NCBI GenBank assembly: GCA_043800695.1
Contig: JAZDMU010000019.1
Span: forward strand, 84,364 to 148,363
Direction: 5' to 3'
DNA: 64,000 bases
DNA from: Bacteroidota bacterium
Lineage (GTDB): Bacteria; Bacteroidota; Bacteroidia; Bacteroidales; VadinHA17
This document shows positions 8,067 to 18,288 of this stretch, piece by piece. A model generated the notes under the pieces. That model saw only the letters and a list, made by a program, of their open reading frames with translations, made no database searches and was not told the origin of the DNA. Both the position numbers and the translations under genes were made by a program. How positions within the stretch are numbered: the first letter of the stretch is position 1; each line of letters begins with the position of its first letter.

Positions 8067-9719
8067 ATGGGAACATTAGACTGGATCGTTCTAGGTATTT
8101 TCTGTCTTGCTCTTGTGGGCATAATTGTATGGGTACTTAAGAAAAAAGAGGAGACTTCAACTGATTATTTCCTTGCCGGCCGTGATGCCACTTGGCTGGC
8201 AATAGGGGCATCCATTTTTGCTTCAAATATAGGGTCGGAGCATCTTGTCGGACTGGCAGGGACAGGGGCTTCTTCGGGTATGGCTTTTGCGCACTGGGAA
8301 ATGCACGGGTGGATCATACTTTTTCTTGGATGGTTTTTTGTCCCGTTTTATTCCAGGAGCAAAGTGTTTACAATGCCGGAATTCCTTGAAAAACGTTACA
8401 ACAGCGGTTCAAGATCATTCCTTTCGATAATTTCCCTTGTAAGCTATGTGCTTACAAAAGTGGCAGTTACAGTCTATGCCGGTGGTGTTGTTTTCAAAGA
8501 AGTATTTGGAATCGAGTCACTGTTCGGTATTGATTTCTTCTGGATAAGTGCAATAGGACTGGTAATATTGACGGGAATTTATACAGTGCTGGGGGGAATG
8601 AGAGCTGTCCTGTACACTTCTGTTCTGCAGACTCCTGTTCTGCTTATCGGCTCGATAGCCATACTCATCTTCGGTCTGACAAAACTGGGCGGATGGTCGG
8701 AAATGATGGAGATATGCCGGGCAGTTCCGATCAATGATGCCGGAGATAAAATGACTGATCTGATGAGGTCAGCAAGTGATCCGGTATACCCGTGGACAGG
8801 GGTTATTCTCGGGTCTGCGATAATAGGATTCTGGTACTGGTGTACCGACCAGTTCATTGTACAGAGGGTTCTTTCAGGACGCAATCAGACAGAATCAAGA
8901 AGGGGTGCAATACTGGGTGCCGGTTTTAAATTAACGCCAGTATTTATTTTTCTCATACCGGGAATGATTGCTTATGCATTAAACCAGAAAGGGTTACTAA
9001 CTCTGTCAAGTCCCGATGCAGCTTTCCCTGCAATGGTCAAACAATTGCTGCCTATAGGTTTCACAGGACTGGTTGTGGGAGGCATCCTTGCCGCGCTGAT
9101 GAGTTCACTCGCAGCTCTATTTAACTCATCCGCAACCTTATTTACTGTTGACTTTTATCAAAAGTACAAACCTCAGGCTTCAGAAAAGGAACTCGTAAGG
9201 GTGGGAAGAATAGCAACAATAGTAGTTGTAATACTTGGAATCCTGTGGATCCCGGTCATGAAAGCAATTGGCAAAACACTGTATGCTTATTTACAGGATG
9301 TGCAGTCAATGCTGGCTCCTGGAATCCTGGCCGTCTTCCTGCTTGGGATACTGTCAAAGAAAACCACTCCGAAAGCCGGTTTTATAGGACTGGTTGTAGG
9401 ATTTATCCTCGGCATGACCAGGCTTGGTTTTGTTGTGTTCGGTTCAGACATGAATCCCGATAATATATTTTACAAGACATTCCTTGGGATTAACTGGCTC
9501 CACTATGAAATATACATCTTCTTCATTGTAATACTCTTAATGATCATCGTGAGCATGTTTACACCAAAACCAGATATTTCAGCCATAAGAGGATTGTACG
9601 TAGGCTCTGCAACTGCTGAGGAAAAAGCCATCACAAGGGCCAGCTGGGACAAATGGGATGTTATCTTCTCGGGAATCATAATTGCGGTAGTATTGGCATT
9701 TTATATTTATTTCTGGTAG
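8067..9719 (+). CDS. SGLT-type sodium/sugar cotransporter (SSS family)
   Basis: 550 aa. Has DYFLAGRDATWLAIGASIFASNIGSEHLVGLAG and a C-terminal extra TM. It sits at the head of the ara block, as in Bacteroides arabinose loci. Confidence 0.85.
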   Translation: MGTLDWIVLGIFCLALVGIIVWVLKKKEETSTDYFLAGRDATWLAIGASIFASNIGSEHLVGLAGTGASSGMAFAHWEMHGWIILFLGWFFVPFYSRSKVFTMPEFLEKRYNSGSRSFLSIISLVSYVLTKVAVTVYAGGVVFKEVFGIESLFGIDFFWISAIGLVILTGIYTVLGGMRAVLYTSVLQTPVLLIGSIAILIFGLTKLGGWSEMMEICRAVPINDAGDKMTDLMRSASDPVYPWTGVILGSAIIGFWYWCTDQFIVQRVLSGRNQTESRRGAILGAGFKLTPVFIFLIPGMIAYALNQKGLLTLSSPDAAFPAMVKQLLPIGFTGLVVGGILAALMSSLAALFNSSATLFTVDFYQKYKPQASEKELVRVGRIATIVVVILGILWIPVMKAIGKTLYAYLQDVQSMLAPGILAVFLLGILSKKTTPKAGFIGLVVGFILGMTRLGFVVFGSDMNPDNIFYKTFLGINWLHYEIYIFFIVILLMIIVSMFTPKPDISAIRGLYVGSATAEEKAITRASWDKWDVIFSGIIIAVVLAFYIYFW

Positions 9720-9720
9720 G

Positions 9721-9837
9721 GGCAAAACCCCCACCCCGCCCTCCCCCAGGGGGGAGGTAAGTGATAATAGAAAGGGTGGGGGTAGGTGATAATAGAATGG
9801 GAGGGCAAGGGTGGCGGTAGGTAGTAATAATAGAATC
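9721..9837. repeat. GC-rich intergenic repeat cluster (family G), copy G2
   Basis: A hairpin CCTCCCCC/GGGGGAGG is followed by three tandem units: GGGGGGAGGTAAGTGATAATAGAAA, GGGTGGGGGTAGGTGATAATAGAAT and GGGAGGGCAAGGGTGGCGGTAGGTAGTAATAATAGAAT. It starts 2 nt after the symporter stop codon. Confidence 0.8.
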
Positions 9838-9859
9838 GTTTTATCATAATAAATACCAT

Positions 9860-11353
9860 ATGGATAAATTAAAAACCAAAGAAGTCTGGTTCATCACAGG
9901 AAGCCAGCATTTATATGGTCCCCAGACACTTAGGCAGGTAGCGGCAGATTCTGCAAAAATCGCCGCCGCCCTTGATAAATCACTAAAAATATCGCAGAAG
10001 GTAATATTCAAGCCTGTCCTGACAACTCCGGAATCGATCTTTGAAATATGCTCCGAAGCCAATAATTCAAGGAAATGCATCGGGCTCATTACATGGATGC
10101 ATACTTTCTCTCCTGCAAAAATGTGGATCCGTGGATTAACGGTGCTTAATAAACCGTTCCTCCATTTCCATACACAGCTTAACAGGGACATTCCGTGGGA
10201 AACAATTGACATGAATTTCATGAACCTGAACCAGTCGGCTCATGGCGACAGGGAATTCGGGTTCATCGGCACACGGATGAGACTGAACAGGAAGGTGGTC
10301 GTGGGGCATTACCAGGACCAGGAGGCGGTTGACCGGATAGCTGTGTGGATAAGAGCGGCTTCAGCATACGACGACGCGCTTAATATGAAAATCGCACGCT
10401 TTGGCGACAACATGCGCGATGTAGCTGTGACCGAAGGAAACAAGGTAAGCGCCCAGATGAAAATGGGTTACTCAGTATACGGATATGGCATCGGTGACCT
10501 TGTGAAAGCAGTTAACAGCGTTGCTCCTGCCTCAATAAAAAGGCTGCTGGAAGAATATGGTTCCGACTACAAAATGACAAAGGCCGTTGCTTCCTCGGAT
10601 ACACTTAAGGAGGCTGCAAGAATTGAAGCCGGGATGGAATCATTTCTGAAATCAGGGAACTTCAAAGCGTTTACAACCACCTTCGAAGACCTTCATGGAC
10701 TGAAGCAGCTTCCGGGAATAGCGGTTCAGAGACTGATGGCAAAAGGCTACGGCTTTGGCGCTGAAGGCGACTGGAAAACCGCTGCGCTGGTGCGCTCAAT
10801 GAAAGTTATGGCTCAGGGCCTCAGGGGAGGCACCTCATTTATGGAGGACTATACCTATCATTTTAATCCTGCAGGAATGAGGGTGCTGGGTGCGCATATG
10901 CTTGAGGTGTGTCCTACCATAGCATCAGGAAAACCTGCAGTTGAAATTCACCAGCTCTCAATCGGAGGCAAGGCTGATCCGGCAAGGCTTGTATTTAAAA
11001 CTACTCCGGGAAAAGGAATAAACGTCTCGGTGATTGACCTCGGGAACAGGTTCAGAATGCTGGTAAACAATGTTGAGGTTGTGAAATGCCCTGATATGCC
11101 AAAGCTTCCTGTTGCAAGCGTGCTGTGGAAACCTCTTCCTGACCTGAAGACAGGAGCCGCAGCCTGGATCTTTGCAGGAGGAGCCCATCATACCGGATTC
11201 AGCACTGCAATCGACAATGAATATCTTGAGGATTTTGCAGGAATGACAGGAGTTGAACATGTTCTGATTGATGAGAAATGCAATCTCGATTCATTCAGGA
11301 AAGAACTGAGATGGAATGAGATATATTATCATTTGGCGAACGGAATAATTTGA
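9860..11353 (+). CDS. araA: L-arabinose isomerase
   Basis: N-terminus [18 protein letters not shown], plus [13 protein letters not shown] and [12 protein letters not shown]. At 497 aa the length is typical. Confidence 0.95.
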   Translation: MDKLKTKEVWFITGSQHLYGPQTLRQVAADSAKIAAALDKSLKISQKVIFKPVLTTPESIFEICSEANNSRKCIGLITWMHTFSPAKMWIRGLTVLNKPFLHFHTQLNRDIPWETIDMNFMNLNQSAHGDREFGFIGTRMRLNRKVVVGHYQDQEAVDRIAVWIRAASAYDDALNMKIARFGDNMRDVAVTEGNKVSAQMKMGYSVYGYGIGDLVKAVNSVAPASIKRLLEEYGSDYKMTKAVASSDTLKEAARIEAGMESFLKSGNFKAFTTTFEDLHGLKQLPGIAVQRLMAKGYGFGAEGDWKTAALVRSMKVMAQGLRGGTSFMEDYTYHFNPAGMRVLGAHMLEVCPTIASGKPAVEIHQLSIGGKADPARLVFKTTPGKGINVSVIDLGNRFRMLVNNVEVVKCPDMPKLPVASVLWKPLPDLKTGAAAWIFAGGAHHTGFSTAIDNEYLEDFAGMTGVEHVLIDEKCNLDSFRKELRWNEIYYHLANGII

Positions 11354-11359
11354 TGACAT

Positions 11360-12061
11360 ATGAAGATTTATTCAAAACACAGGAAACACCTGATGGCAGT
11401 TGACTCCATCGTTTTCGGATACGACATTCATGAAAAGGAGATCAGGCTCCTTCTTGTAAAACGGAGCTTCAATCCTGCAAAAGGCAAATGGTCACTGGCC
11501 GGAGGATTTGTTGAACCAGGCGAGAGCCTCGATGTTGCTGCCAGCCGTGTACTCAGGAACCTGACAGGACTTAAGGACATCTTCATGAAGCAGCTCTATT
11601 GCTATGGTGAGCCCGGAAGGGACCCGGGAGCGAGAGTGATATCGGTTGCCTACTGGGCACTAATTAAGATCAAGAATATTGATAAAAAAGTGACTGACAG
11701 GAACGGGGCACATTGGCAGACGATGAAACAGATGCCGAAACTGATCTTTGATCACCCTCAGATGGTTGAAAGGGCGCTTAAAGAGCTCCGGCTGCAGATA
11801 AGGATAAAGCCGGTAGGCTTCGAACTTCTTCCGGAGAAGTTCACTCTTGTACAGATGGTCGATCTCTACGAAGCAATATACCAGAGATCTTTTGACAAAC
11901 GGAATTTCCGCAAGAAATTACTGTCGATGGATGTTCTTGAAAAACTCGATGAGAAAGAGAAGGAGACCTCGAAGAGAGGGGCATATTACTATAGGTTCAA
12001 CAAAGACAGGTATAAGAAGTTCATAAAGAACGGGTACAATTTCAATCTTGATGTGAATTGA
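11360..12061 (+). CDS. araR: Nudix-fold transcriptional regulator of arabinose utilisation (AraR/NrtR-like)
   Basis: The Nudix box is degenerate: GGFVEPGESLDVAASRVLRNLTG, where the catalytic REXXEE glutamates are replaced by RVLRNL. There is a C-terminal winged-helix-like tail. The gene sits between araA and araD. Confidence 0.8.
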   Translation: MKIYSKHRKHLMAVDSIVFGYDIHEKEIRLLLVKRSFNPAKGKWSLAGGFVEPGESLDVAASRVLRNLTGLKDIFMKQLYCYGEPGRDPGARVISVAYWALIKIKNIDKKVTDRNGAHWQTMKQMPKLIFDHPQMVERALKELRLQIRIKPVGFELLPEKFTLVQMVDLYEAIYQRSFDKRNFRKKLLSMDVLEKLDEKEKETSKRGAYYYRFNKDRYKKFIKNGYNFNLDVN

Positions 12062-12068
12062 GAAAGGT

Positions 12069-12761
12069 ATGCTTGAGAAACTTAAAATAAGCGTCTGCAA
12101 AGCCAATCTTGACCTTGTCAAACATGGTCTGGTAATTCACACCTGGGGAAATGCAAGCGGGAGGGATAAGAAAAGCGGACTGATCGTAATAAAGCCCTCA
12201 GGCGTGAGCTATGATTCAATGAAACCTTCCGATATGGTAGTCATCGATCAGAAAGGCAGAGTTGTGGAGGGCAAATACAGGCCATCGACCGACGCCGCCA
12301 CACACCTTTTCCTTTATAAGACTTTTGGCAATGCCGGCGCGATCGTTCATACCCACTCAACTTATGCAACCGCCTGGGCACAGGCCGGAAGCGGAATACC
12401 TGCCCTGGGCACAACCCACGCTGATCATTATTACGGCAGTGTGCCCTGCACCAGGAAACTGAAGAAGAGTGAGGTTGAGAAGGATTATGAGATCAATACC
12501 GGGAAGGTTATCATTGAAACGATGAAGAATATTGACCCTGAAGCAGTGCCTTCAGTGCTGGTCCATTCACACGGTTCTTTCTGCTGGGGTTCTGATCCTG
12601 ATGAAGCAGTTTACAATGCAGTGGCTCTGGAGGAGATCGCACGGCTGGCTTTCTATACGGTGCTTCTGGGAAGGAAGGAACCTGTTGACAAATATCTGCT
12701 CGATAAGCATTACGGCAGGAAACACGGCAGGGATGCTTACTACGGGCAGGACAGAAAATAA
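12069..12761 (+). CDS. araD: L-ribulose-5-phosphate 4-epimerase
   Basis: Class II aldolase/epimerase motifs: TWGNASGRD, IVHTHSTYATAWAQ and HADHYYG. Confidence 0.93.
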   Translation: MLEKLKISVCKANLDLVKHGLVIHTWGNASGRDKKSGLIVIKPSGVSYDSMKPSDMVVIDQKGRVVEGKYRPSTDAATHLFLYKTFGNAGAIVHTHSTYATAWAQAGSGIPALGTTHADHYYGSVPCTRKLKKSEVEKDYEINTGKVIIETMKNIDPEAVPSVLVHSHGSFCWGSDPDEAVYNAVALEEIARLAFYTVLLGRKEPVDKYLLDKHYGRKHGRDAYYGQDRK

Positions 12762-12779
12762 TATTTCAAAAAAGAGTTT

Positions 12780-14459
12780 ATGGTGAAGAAATATGTTATC
12801 GGCATCGATTATGGAACCGATTCAGTGCGCACTGTCGTTGTTGACGCGGCAAACGGAAAAACTGCAGGAACATCGGTATTTGAATATCCCCGCTGGAAAA
12901 GGGGAGAATACTGCGATCCTTCGCAAAACCAGTTCAGACAGCATCCGCTTGATTACGTTGAAGGCCTGGAACAGACAGTAAAAGAGTCGATTAAAGGATT
13001 AAGCAGGGAAATCATTGATGCCATAGGGGGTATAACAATTGATACAACAGGATCGACTCCCGTTGCGGTTGACAGGAATGGAGTGCCTCTTTCGCTGAAG
13101 CCAGGGTTTGATGACGACCCGGATACCATGTTCATACTCTGGAAGGATCATACATCAGTAAAAGAGGCTGAGGAGATAAATGAACTCGCAAGATCGTGGG
13201 GAGGGACAGATTTTACAAAATATGAAGGAGGGATATATTCTTCAGAATGGTTCTGGTCAAAGATACTCCATACGATCAGGAAGAATGAACGGGTGAGGGA
13301 GAATGCCTTCTCATGGGTTGAGCATTGCGACTGGCTGCCTGCACTGCTGTGCGGCAATACTGATCCGCTTGAAATAAAAAGAAGCAGATGCGCAGCGGGC
13401 CATAAGGCAATGTGGCATCCCGAGTACTCGGGACTGCCCGATGAAAAATTCCTGGTCAGACTCGATCCCCTGCTGAAAGGTTTAAGAGATCATCTATATA
13501 CCGAAACGTTTACCTGTGATGTTCCGGTTGGGACCATTTCAGTGGAATGGGCTAAAAGACTGTCACTTCCTGAAAATGTCAAAGTGGGAGCCGGAACATT
13601 TGATGCACATATGGGCGCAGTGGGAGGCGGGATAAGACCTTACCAGCTTATAAAAGTGATGGGGACATCGACATGCGACATGCTTATTGCTCCGATGGAA
13701 GAGGCCGGGAAGAAGCTGGTAGCAGGGATCTGCGGACAGGTAGATGGCTCAATCGTGCCCGGGATGCTTGGTCTTGAGGCAGGACAGTCGGCTTTCGGAG
13801 ATGTATATGCATGGTTCGGGAAGCTGCTGCTGTGGCCTGTAAATGAGATCATCTCAAAAATGGAATGGCTTGATGGGAAATCCAGGACCAGAATTGCTGA
13901 AGAGACATCTGAAAGGATAATTGCTGAGCTGAGCAGGCAGGCTGAATTGATCCCGGAGGAGGATACTGCAATAGTGGCGCTCGACTGGCTGAACGGACGG
14001 AGGACACCCGATGCAAACCAGGCATTAAAAGGTGCAATAGCCGGATTGTCACTTGGTTCTGATGCTCCGAAGATTTTTAAGGCACTTGTCGAAGCAACGG
14101 CTTTCGGATCAAAAATGATCAATGAGCGCTTTACTTCTGAAGGCGTCAGGATCGAGGGTGTGATCGCCACCGGGGGAGTTGCCAAAAAGAATCCGTATGT
14201 GATGCAGGTGGTGGCTGATGTCCTGAACATGCCTATCAGGGTGGCATCTTCCGACCAGACATGCGCCTTGGGCTCGGCAATGGCTGCATCGGTGGTTGCA
14301 GGCATCCATAAGGATATTCCCTCGGCACAAAAAACAATGGAAAGTGGCTTTGAAAAAGAGTATAAACCCGACCCGGTAAAAGCAAAAAAATATGAAGAAC
14401 TGTTCCTTAAATACAAAAAGCTGGGTTTGTTCATTGAGAATAAATTAAGTAATTCTTAG
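12780..14459 (+). CDS. araB: ribulokinase (FGGY family)
   Basis: YVIGIDYGTDSVR at the N-terminus, 559 aa, and an FGGY C-terminal domain (ATGGVAKKNPYVMQVVADVLNMPI). Confidence 0.92.
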   Translation: MVKKYVIGIDYGTDSVRTVVVDAANGKTAGTSVFEYPRWKRGEYCDPSQNQFRQHPLDYVEGLEQTVKESIKGLSREIIDAIGGITIDTTGSTPVAVDRNGVPLSLKPGFDDDPDTMFILWKDHTSVKEAEEINELARSWGGTDFTKYEGGIYSSEWFWSKILHTIRKNERVRENAFSWVEHCDWLPALLCGNTDPLEIKRSRCAAGHKAMWHPEYSGLPDEKFLVRLDPLLKGLRDHLYTETFTCDVPVGTISVEWAKRLSLPENVKVGAGTFDAHMGAVGGGIRPYQLIKVMGTSTCDMLIAPMEEAGKKLVAGICGQVDGSIVPGMLGLEAGQSAFGDVYAWFGKLLLWPVNEIISKMEWLDGKSRTRIAEETSERIIAELSRQAELIPEEDTAIVALDWLNGRRTPDANQALKGAIAGLSLGSDAPKIFKALVEATAFGSKMINERFTSEGVRIEGVIATGGVAKKNPYVMQVVADVLNMPIRVASSDQTCALGSAMAASVVAGIHKDIPSAQKTMESGFEKEYKPDPVKAKKYEELFLKYKKLGLFIENKLSNS

Positions 14460-14527
14460 CGCCTTCGCGCCTTCGCGGCAAAAAATTATGCCACAAAGGC
14501 GCTAAGACGCAAAGTTTCGCAAAGGCA
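14451..14527. repeat. 'CACNAAG-word' hairpin element (family K), copy K1
   Basis: The left boundary GTAATTCTTAG overlaps the araB stop codon. The 21-nt arms are 14459-14479 (GCGCCTTCGCGCCTTCGCGGC) and 14490-14510 (GCCACAAAGGCGCTAAGACGC), with 17 of 21 Watson-Crick pairs. The loop is AAAAAATTAT and the trailing sequence is AAAGTTTCGCAAAGG. Confidence 0.8.
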
Positions 14528-14554
14528 GTATGGATAAAATAATTATTCAGTAAT

Positions 14555-16120
14555 ATGAAAAAATTAAATGTAATTATTACACTTATTCTTTCCTGTGCAG
14601 TTTTCATTGCAAGTGCACAGAAAGAATCCGGAGCTGTGAACCAGCTCGTGATCATTGCCAATCACCAGGGACCGGTAATCAGCAAAGATATTTACGGACA
14701 TTTTTCGGAGCATCTTGGTACCTGTATTTACGGAGGAATCTGGGTCGGAACAGAATCAAAGATCCCTAATACCTACGGTATCAGGAACGATGTCCTGTTC
14801 GCGCTCAGGGAGATAAAAGTTCCGAACCTCCGCTGGCCCGGAGGATGTTTCGCTGACACGTACCACTGGAAAGACGGTATCGGTCCGCAGGAAAAAAGAA
14901 CTTCAATCATCAACACTCACTGGGGAGGAGTAACTGAAGACAACTCTTTCGGAACGCATGAGTTCATGAAGCTGACCGAACTGCTGGAGTGCGATGCATA
15001 TATTAATGGCAATGTCGGTTCCGGAACCGTTCAGGAGATGTCCGAATGGGTCGAGTACCTGACCTCTGACTCTGAAAGCCCAATGACAAAGCTTCGCAGT
15101 GAAAATGGCCGTGAAGAGCCATGGAAGGTAAAGTATTTTGCTATCGGCAACGAGAACTGGGGCTGCGGCGGCAACATGACACCAGATTTCTACGGTGATG
15201 TGATGCGGCAGTTCTCAACATATCTCAGGGATTTTGCCGGGAACCGTCTTTACCGTGTTGCCTGCGGGGCAAGCGACTTCGATTATCCGTGGACGGAGAC
15301 ACTTATGAAAGAGGACAAGAACAGGGGAATGTTCCAGGGATTGTCGCTTCATTACTATTCCGTTCCCGGCGGCTGGGGAAATAAGAACAGCGCAACCAAT
15401 TTTGCCGAAAATGATTGGTTTGAAACATTCAGGCTCAACTACCAGATGGATGCCATAATAAAAGGTCATAAGGCAATAATGGACAGGTATGATCCCAGAA
15501 ATACAAAGGGGCTTGTGATCGACGAATGGGGCAACTGGTTCCAGGTTGAGCCGGGCACAAATCCCGGGTTCCTGTACCAGCAGAATACGCTCAGGGACGC
15601 AATCACTGCCGCTATTCACCTTAACATTTTCAACCGGCATGCCGACAGGGTAAAGGTGGCGAACCTTGCACAAACCGTCAATGTGCTTCAGGCAGTGATA
15701 CTTACAAACGAAGATAAGATGGTGCTCACTCCCACATATCATGTTTTCAGGATGTTCAGGGTGCACCAGGAGGCACAGCTTCTGAATACTGATCTCCGCT
15801 GTGAAGATTATGTCGTGGGCGACAGAAAGATTCCGGCTATATCAGCATCAGCATCGGTGGATAAAGAGGGTAAAATACATATATCCCTGGCTAATCTGAA
15901 TCCGAATAAGGAAATAGTCATGACATGTCCGTTAATCGGAGATTCTTATAAAAATGTATCTGGTGAGGTTGTTACAGCCAGGGAAATGAATGCGCACAAT
16001 ACCTTTGAAGCACCAGAAACTGTTAAACCGGCTTCGTTTAATGGTTATAAACTTAAGGATGGGATTCTGATAGTAACCATGCCTGCAAAGTCTGTGGTTG
16101 TTCTTGAGTTAACAAAATGA
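14555..16120 (+). CDS. exported alpha-L-arabinofuranosidase, GH51
   Basis: Has a signal peptide, [14 protein letters not shown], and [12 protein letters not shown] (the acid/base Glu lies in GNE). Confidence 0.9.
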   Translation: MKKLNVIITLILSCAVFIASAQKESGAVNQLVIIANHQGPVISKDIYGHFSEHLGTCIYGGIWVGTESKIPNTYGIRNDVLFALREIKVPNLRWPGGCFADTYHWKDGIGPQEKRTSIINTHWGGVTEDNSFGTHEFMKLTELLECDAYINGNVGSGTVQEMSEWVEYLTSDSESPMTKLRSENGREEPWKVKYFAIGNENWGCGGNMTPDFYGDVMRQFSTYLRDFAGNRLYRVACGASDFDYPWTETLMKEDKNRGMFQGLSLHYYSVPGGWGNKNSATNFAENDWFETFRLNYQMDAIIKGHKAIMDRYDPRNTKGLVIDEWGNWFQVEPGTNPGFLYQQNTLRDAITAAIHLNIFNRHADRVKVANLAQTVNVLQAVILTNEDKMVLTPTYHVFRMFRVHQEAQLLNTDLRCEDYVVGDRKIPAISASASVDKEGKIHISLANLNPNKEIVMTCPLIGDSYKNVSGEVVTAREMNAHNTFEAPETVKPASFNGYKLKDGILIVTMPAKSVVVLELTK

Positions 16121-16280
16121 CCTCACACCCCCGACCCCCTCTCCCGAAGTGAGAGGGGGAGGATTCCTAAAGCCCCTCTCCCCCCGGGAGAGGGGTTGAG
16201 GTGAGGTATTGTAGGGGGGAGAGGGGTTGGGGTGAGGTATTGTAGGAGTGAGAGGGGTTGGGGTGAGGTTGGGATACCGG
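16121..16280. repeat. GC-rich intergenic repeat cluster (family G), copy G3
   Basis: There is an inverted C-rich copy (CCTCACACCCCCGACCCCCTCTC). Two hairpins follow: CCCCCTCTC(ccgaagt)GAGAGGGGG and CCCCTCTCC(ccccgg)GAGAGGGG. After these come three tandem GAGAGGGGTTG(A/G)GGTGAGG units with exact 31-nt spacing, starting at 16188, 16219 and 16250. The cluster begins 1 nt after the GH51 stop codon. Confidence 0.85.
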
Positions 16281-16305
16281 AAAAATATAACATATAATCT
16301 ATTAT

Positions 16306-18276
16306 ATGAGAAGCATTTACAGATTTTCGTTTTTTGCAGTTTTACCGCTGTATTTATTTCCAGGCTGCTCTGACAAATCAAAATCGGGCGACTATCCCAT
16401 TCAGCCGGTACCCTTCACTTCAGTAAAGCTCAGCGATGACTTCTGGGCCCCGAGGATAAAGAAGAATGCCGATGTAACAATTCCGATCGCCTTCTCATAC
16501 TGCGAATCGACCGGCAGGGTAAAGAACTTTGAGATTGCCGGAGGCCTCGATACAGGGAAGTTCCTTACGATATATCCGTTTGATGACTCGGATGTATTCA
16601 AGATAATTGAAGGCGCTGCCTACTCCCTTCAAACCCAGCCGGATCCGAAACTCGAAGCATACCTTGATACACTGATATTTAAAATAGGTGCCGCCCAGGA
16701 GGAGGACGGGTATCTTTATACAAACCGCACAATAGCTGAAATGCACGGCGGGAAAGGTTTGCATGAATGGGCAAGTCCCAACAGATGGGAGCTTGATTCA
16801 ATTCTCAGTCATGAGCTCTATAACCTCGGACATCTCTATGAGGCAGCCGTTGCACATTACCAGGCTACAGGTAAAAGATCACTGCTCGAAATTGCATTGA
16901 AATCAGCCGGACTGGTAAACAGAGATTTCGGATGGGACAGGGTTAAGGTTTACCCCGGACACCAGGTAATAGAGATGGGTCTTGTAAAGCTCTACAGGGT
17001 GACCGGCGAAAAGAAGTATCTCGATCTGGCAAAGTTTTTTCTTGATATAAGAGGGCCTGAAGGCGACTCCTACAACCAGGCTCACATAAGGCCCGTTGAC
17101 CAGGCCGAAGCTGTAGGGCATTCAGTAAGAGCGACTTATATGTATTCCGGTATGGCCGACATAGCTGCAATTGAAAAGGATGAAGCCTACCTCGGCGCAA
17201 TCACCGAAATCTGGGAGGATCTTACATTCCGCAAGATGTATATCACAGGAGGGATAGGTGCCTCAGGAGGGAATGAAGGATTTGCCGAACCTTATCTCCT
17301 GCCCAATATGTCTGCTTATTGTGAAACATGCGCCTCCATTGGCAACATCTTTACAAACCACAGGCTCTTCCTTCTGCACGGAGAATCAAAATACATTGAC
17401 ATTCTCGAAAAGACACTTTATAATTCAATGCTATCCGGCGTTTCGCTTTCAGGTGACAGGTTTTTTTACCCGAACCCTCTTGAATCGAATGGACAGCATG
17501 AGCGCAGCGCCTGGTTCGGATGCGCCTGCTGTCCGTCAAACATTGCGCGCTTTGTTCCTGCCATTCCGGGATATATATATGCTGTTACCGGTAAGGAGCT
17601 ATATGTGAACCTTTTCGTTACCGGTGAAGCCAATATTGAATTTGGAAAGAACAGGGTAAGGATCACACAGGAGGCCGGTTTCCCCTGGGATGGCAATGTT
17701 GATATCTCACTTTCCCCTGAAACAGCCGGGAAATTTGCTCTTAAGATCCGTATCCCGGGATGGGCGCTGAATGAGGCTAATCCGGGAGGCCTTTACAAGT
17801 TTGATGATTCAGACAGCGTGGCATATACTATCTCACTGAATGGCGATATCATTGAACCTGAAATAAAAAACGGATATGCCGCTATATACCGCAGATGGGA
17901 GAAAGGCGACAGGGTGAGTATCGATTTGCCGATGCCGGTGCGCAGGGTAATAGCTGATGAGAGGGTAAAGGCAGATATAGGTAAGATGGCCATTCAGAGA
18001 GGCCCCGTGATCTACTGCGCCGAATGGCCGGATAACAATACAGGCAATATTCTGAATCTTGTCTTTGACAGGCAGTCACCATTCACCACTGAATTTGCTC
18101 CCGCATTGCTCGAAGGTACACAGGTAATAAGAGGAAAAGCTGCACAGACAAAAAAGACTCTTGATGGAAATACTGAAAGAACGGGTGAGGAAAGTGTTAC
18201 ACTTATCCCGTATGCTCTGTGGAACAACCGCGGTCCGGGCCAGATGATGGTCTGGCTCCCATTTACAGTTGAATAA
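16306..18276 (+). CDS. GH127 (DUF1680) beta-L-arabinofuranosidase-like lipoprotein
   Basis: Lipobox FPGCS. The Cys/Glu cluster of the HypBA1 type is present: YCETCASIGN and WFGCACCPSNIARF. Confidence 0.88.
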   Translation: MRSIYRFSFFAVLPLYLFPGCSDKSKSGDYPIQPVPFTSVKLSDDFWAPRIKKNADVTIPIAFSYCESTGRVKNFEIAGGLDTGKFLTIYPFDDSDVFKIIEGAAYSLQTQPDPKLEAYLDTLIFKIGAAQEEDGYLYTNRTIAEMHGGKGLHEWASPNRWELDSILSHELYNLGHLYEAAVAHYQATGKRSLLEIALKSAGLVNRDFGWDRVKVYPGHQVIEMGLVKLYRVTGEKKYLDLAKFFLDIRGPEGDSYNQAHIRPVDQAEAVGHSVRATYMYSGMADIAAIEKDEAYLGAITEIWEDLTFRKMYITGGIGASGGNEGFAEPYLLPNMSAYCETCASIGNIFTNHRLFLLHGESKYIDILEKTLYNSMLSGVSLSGDRFFYPNPLESNGQHERSAWFGCACCPSNIARFVPAIPGYIYAVTGKELYVNLFVTGEANIEFGKNRVRITQEAGFPWDGNVDISLSPETAGKFALKIRIPGWALNEANPGGLYKFDDSDSVAYTISLNGDIIEPEIKNGYAAIYRRWEKGDRVSIDLPMPVRRVIADERVKADIGKMAIQRGPVIYCAEWPDNNTGNILNLVFDRQSPFTTEFAPALLEGTQVIRGKAAQTKKTLDGNTERTGEESVTLIPYALWNNRGPGQMMVWLPFTVE

Positions 18277-18288
18277 GTCGGAATCTTT

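Noticed and set aside
13640-14434. A 264-aa minus-strand ORF antisense to araB. Similar long antisense ORFs occur at 15215-15766, 25806-26402, 31311-31805, 50034-50471, 52527-53045, 59267-59752 and 3307-3741.
   Set aside because: Each lies wholly inside a gene with strong family motifs on the other strand. Their translations are low-complexity (Ser/Pro/Ala/Ile-rich) and contain no recognisable domains. They are typical shadow ORFs.
16188-16280. A possible CRISPR array, given the regular 31-nt periodicity here and the tandem units at 9750-9837.
   Set aside because: The units are directly adjacent with no unique spacers, there are only three copies, no cas genes are present, and the same motif occurs in inverted orientation just upstream. 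This is a REP-like repeat, not a CRISPR.
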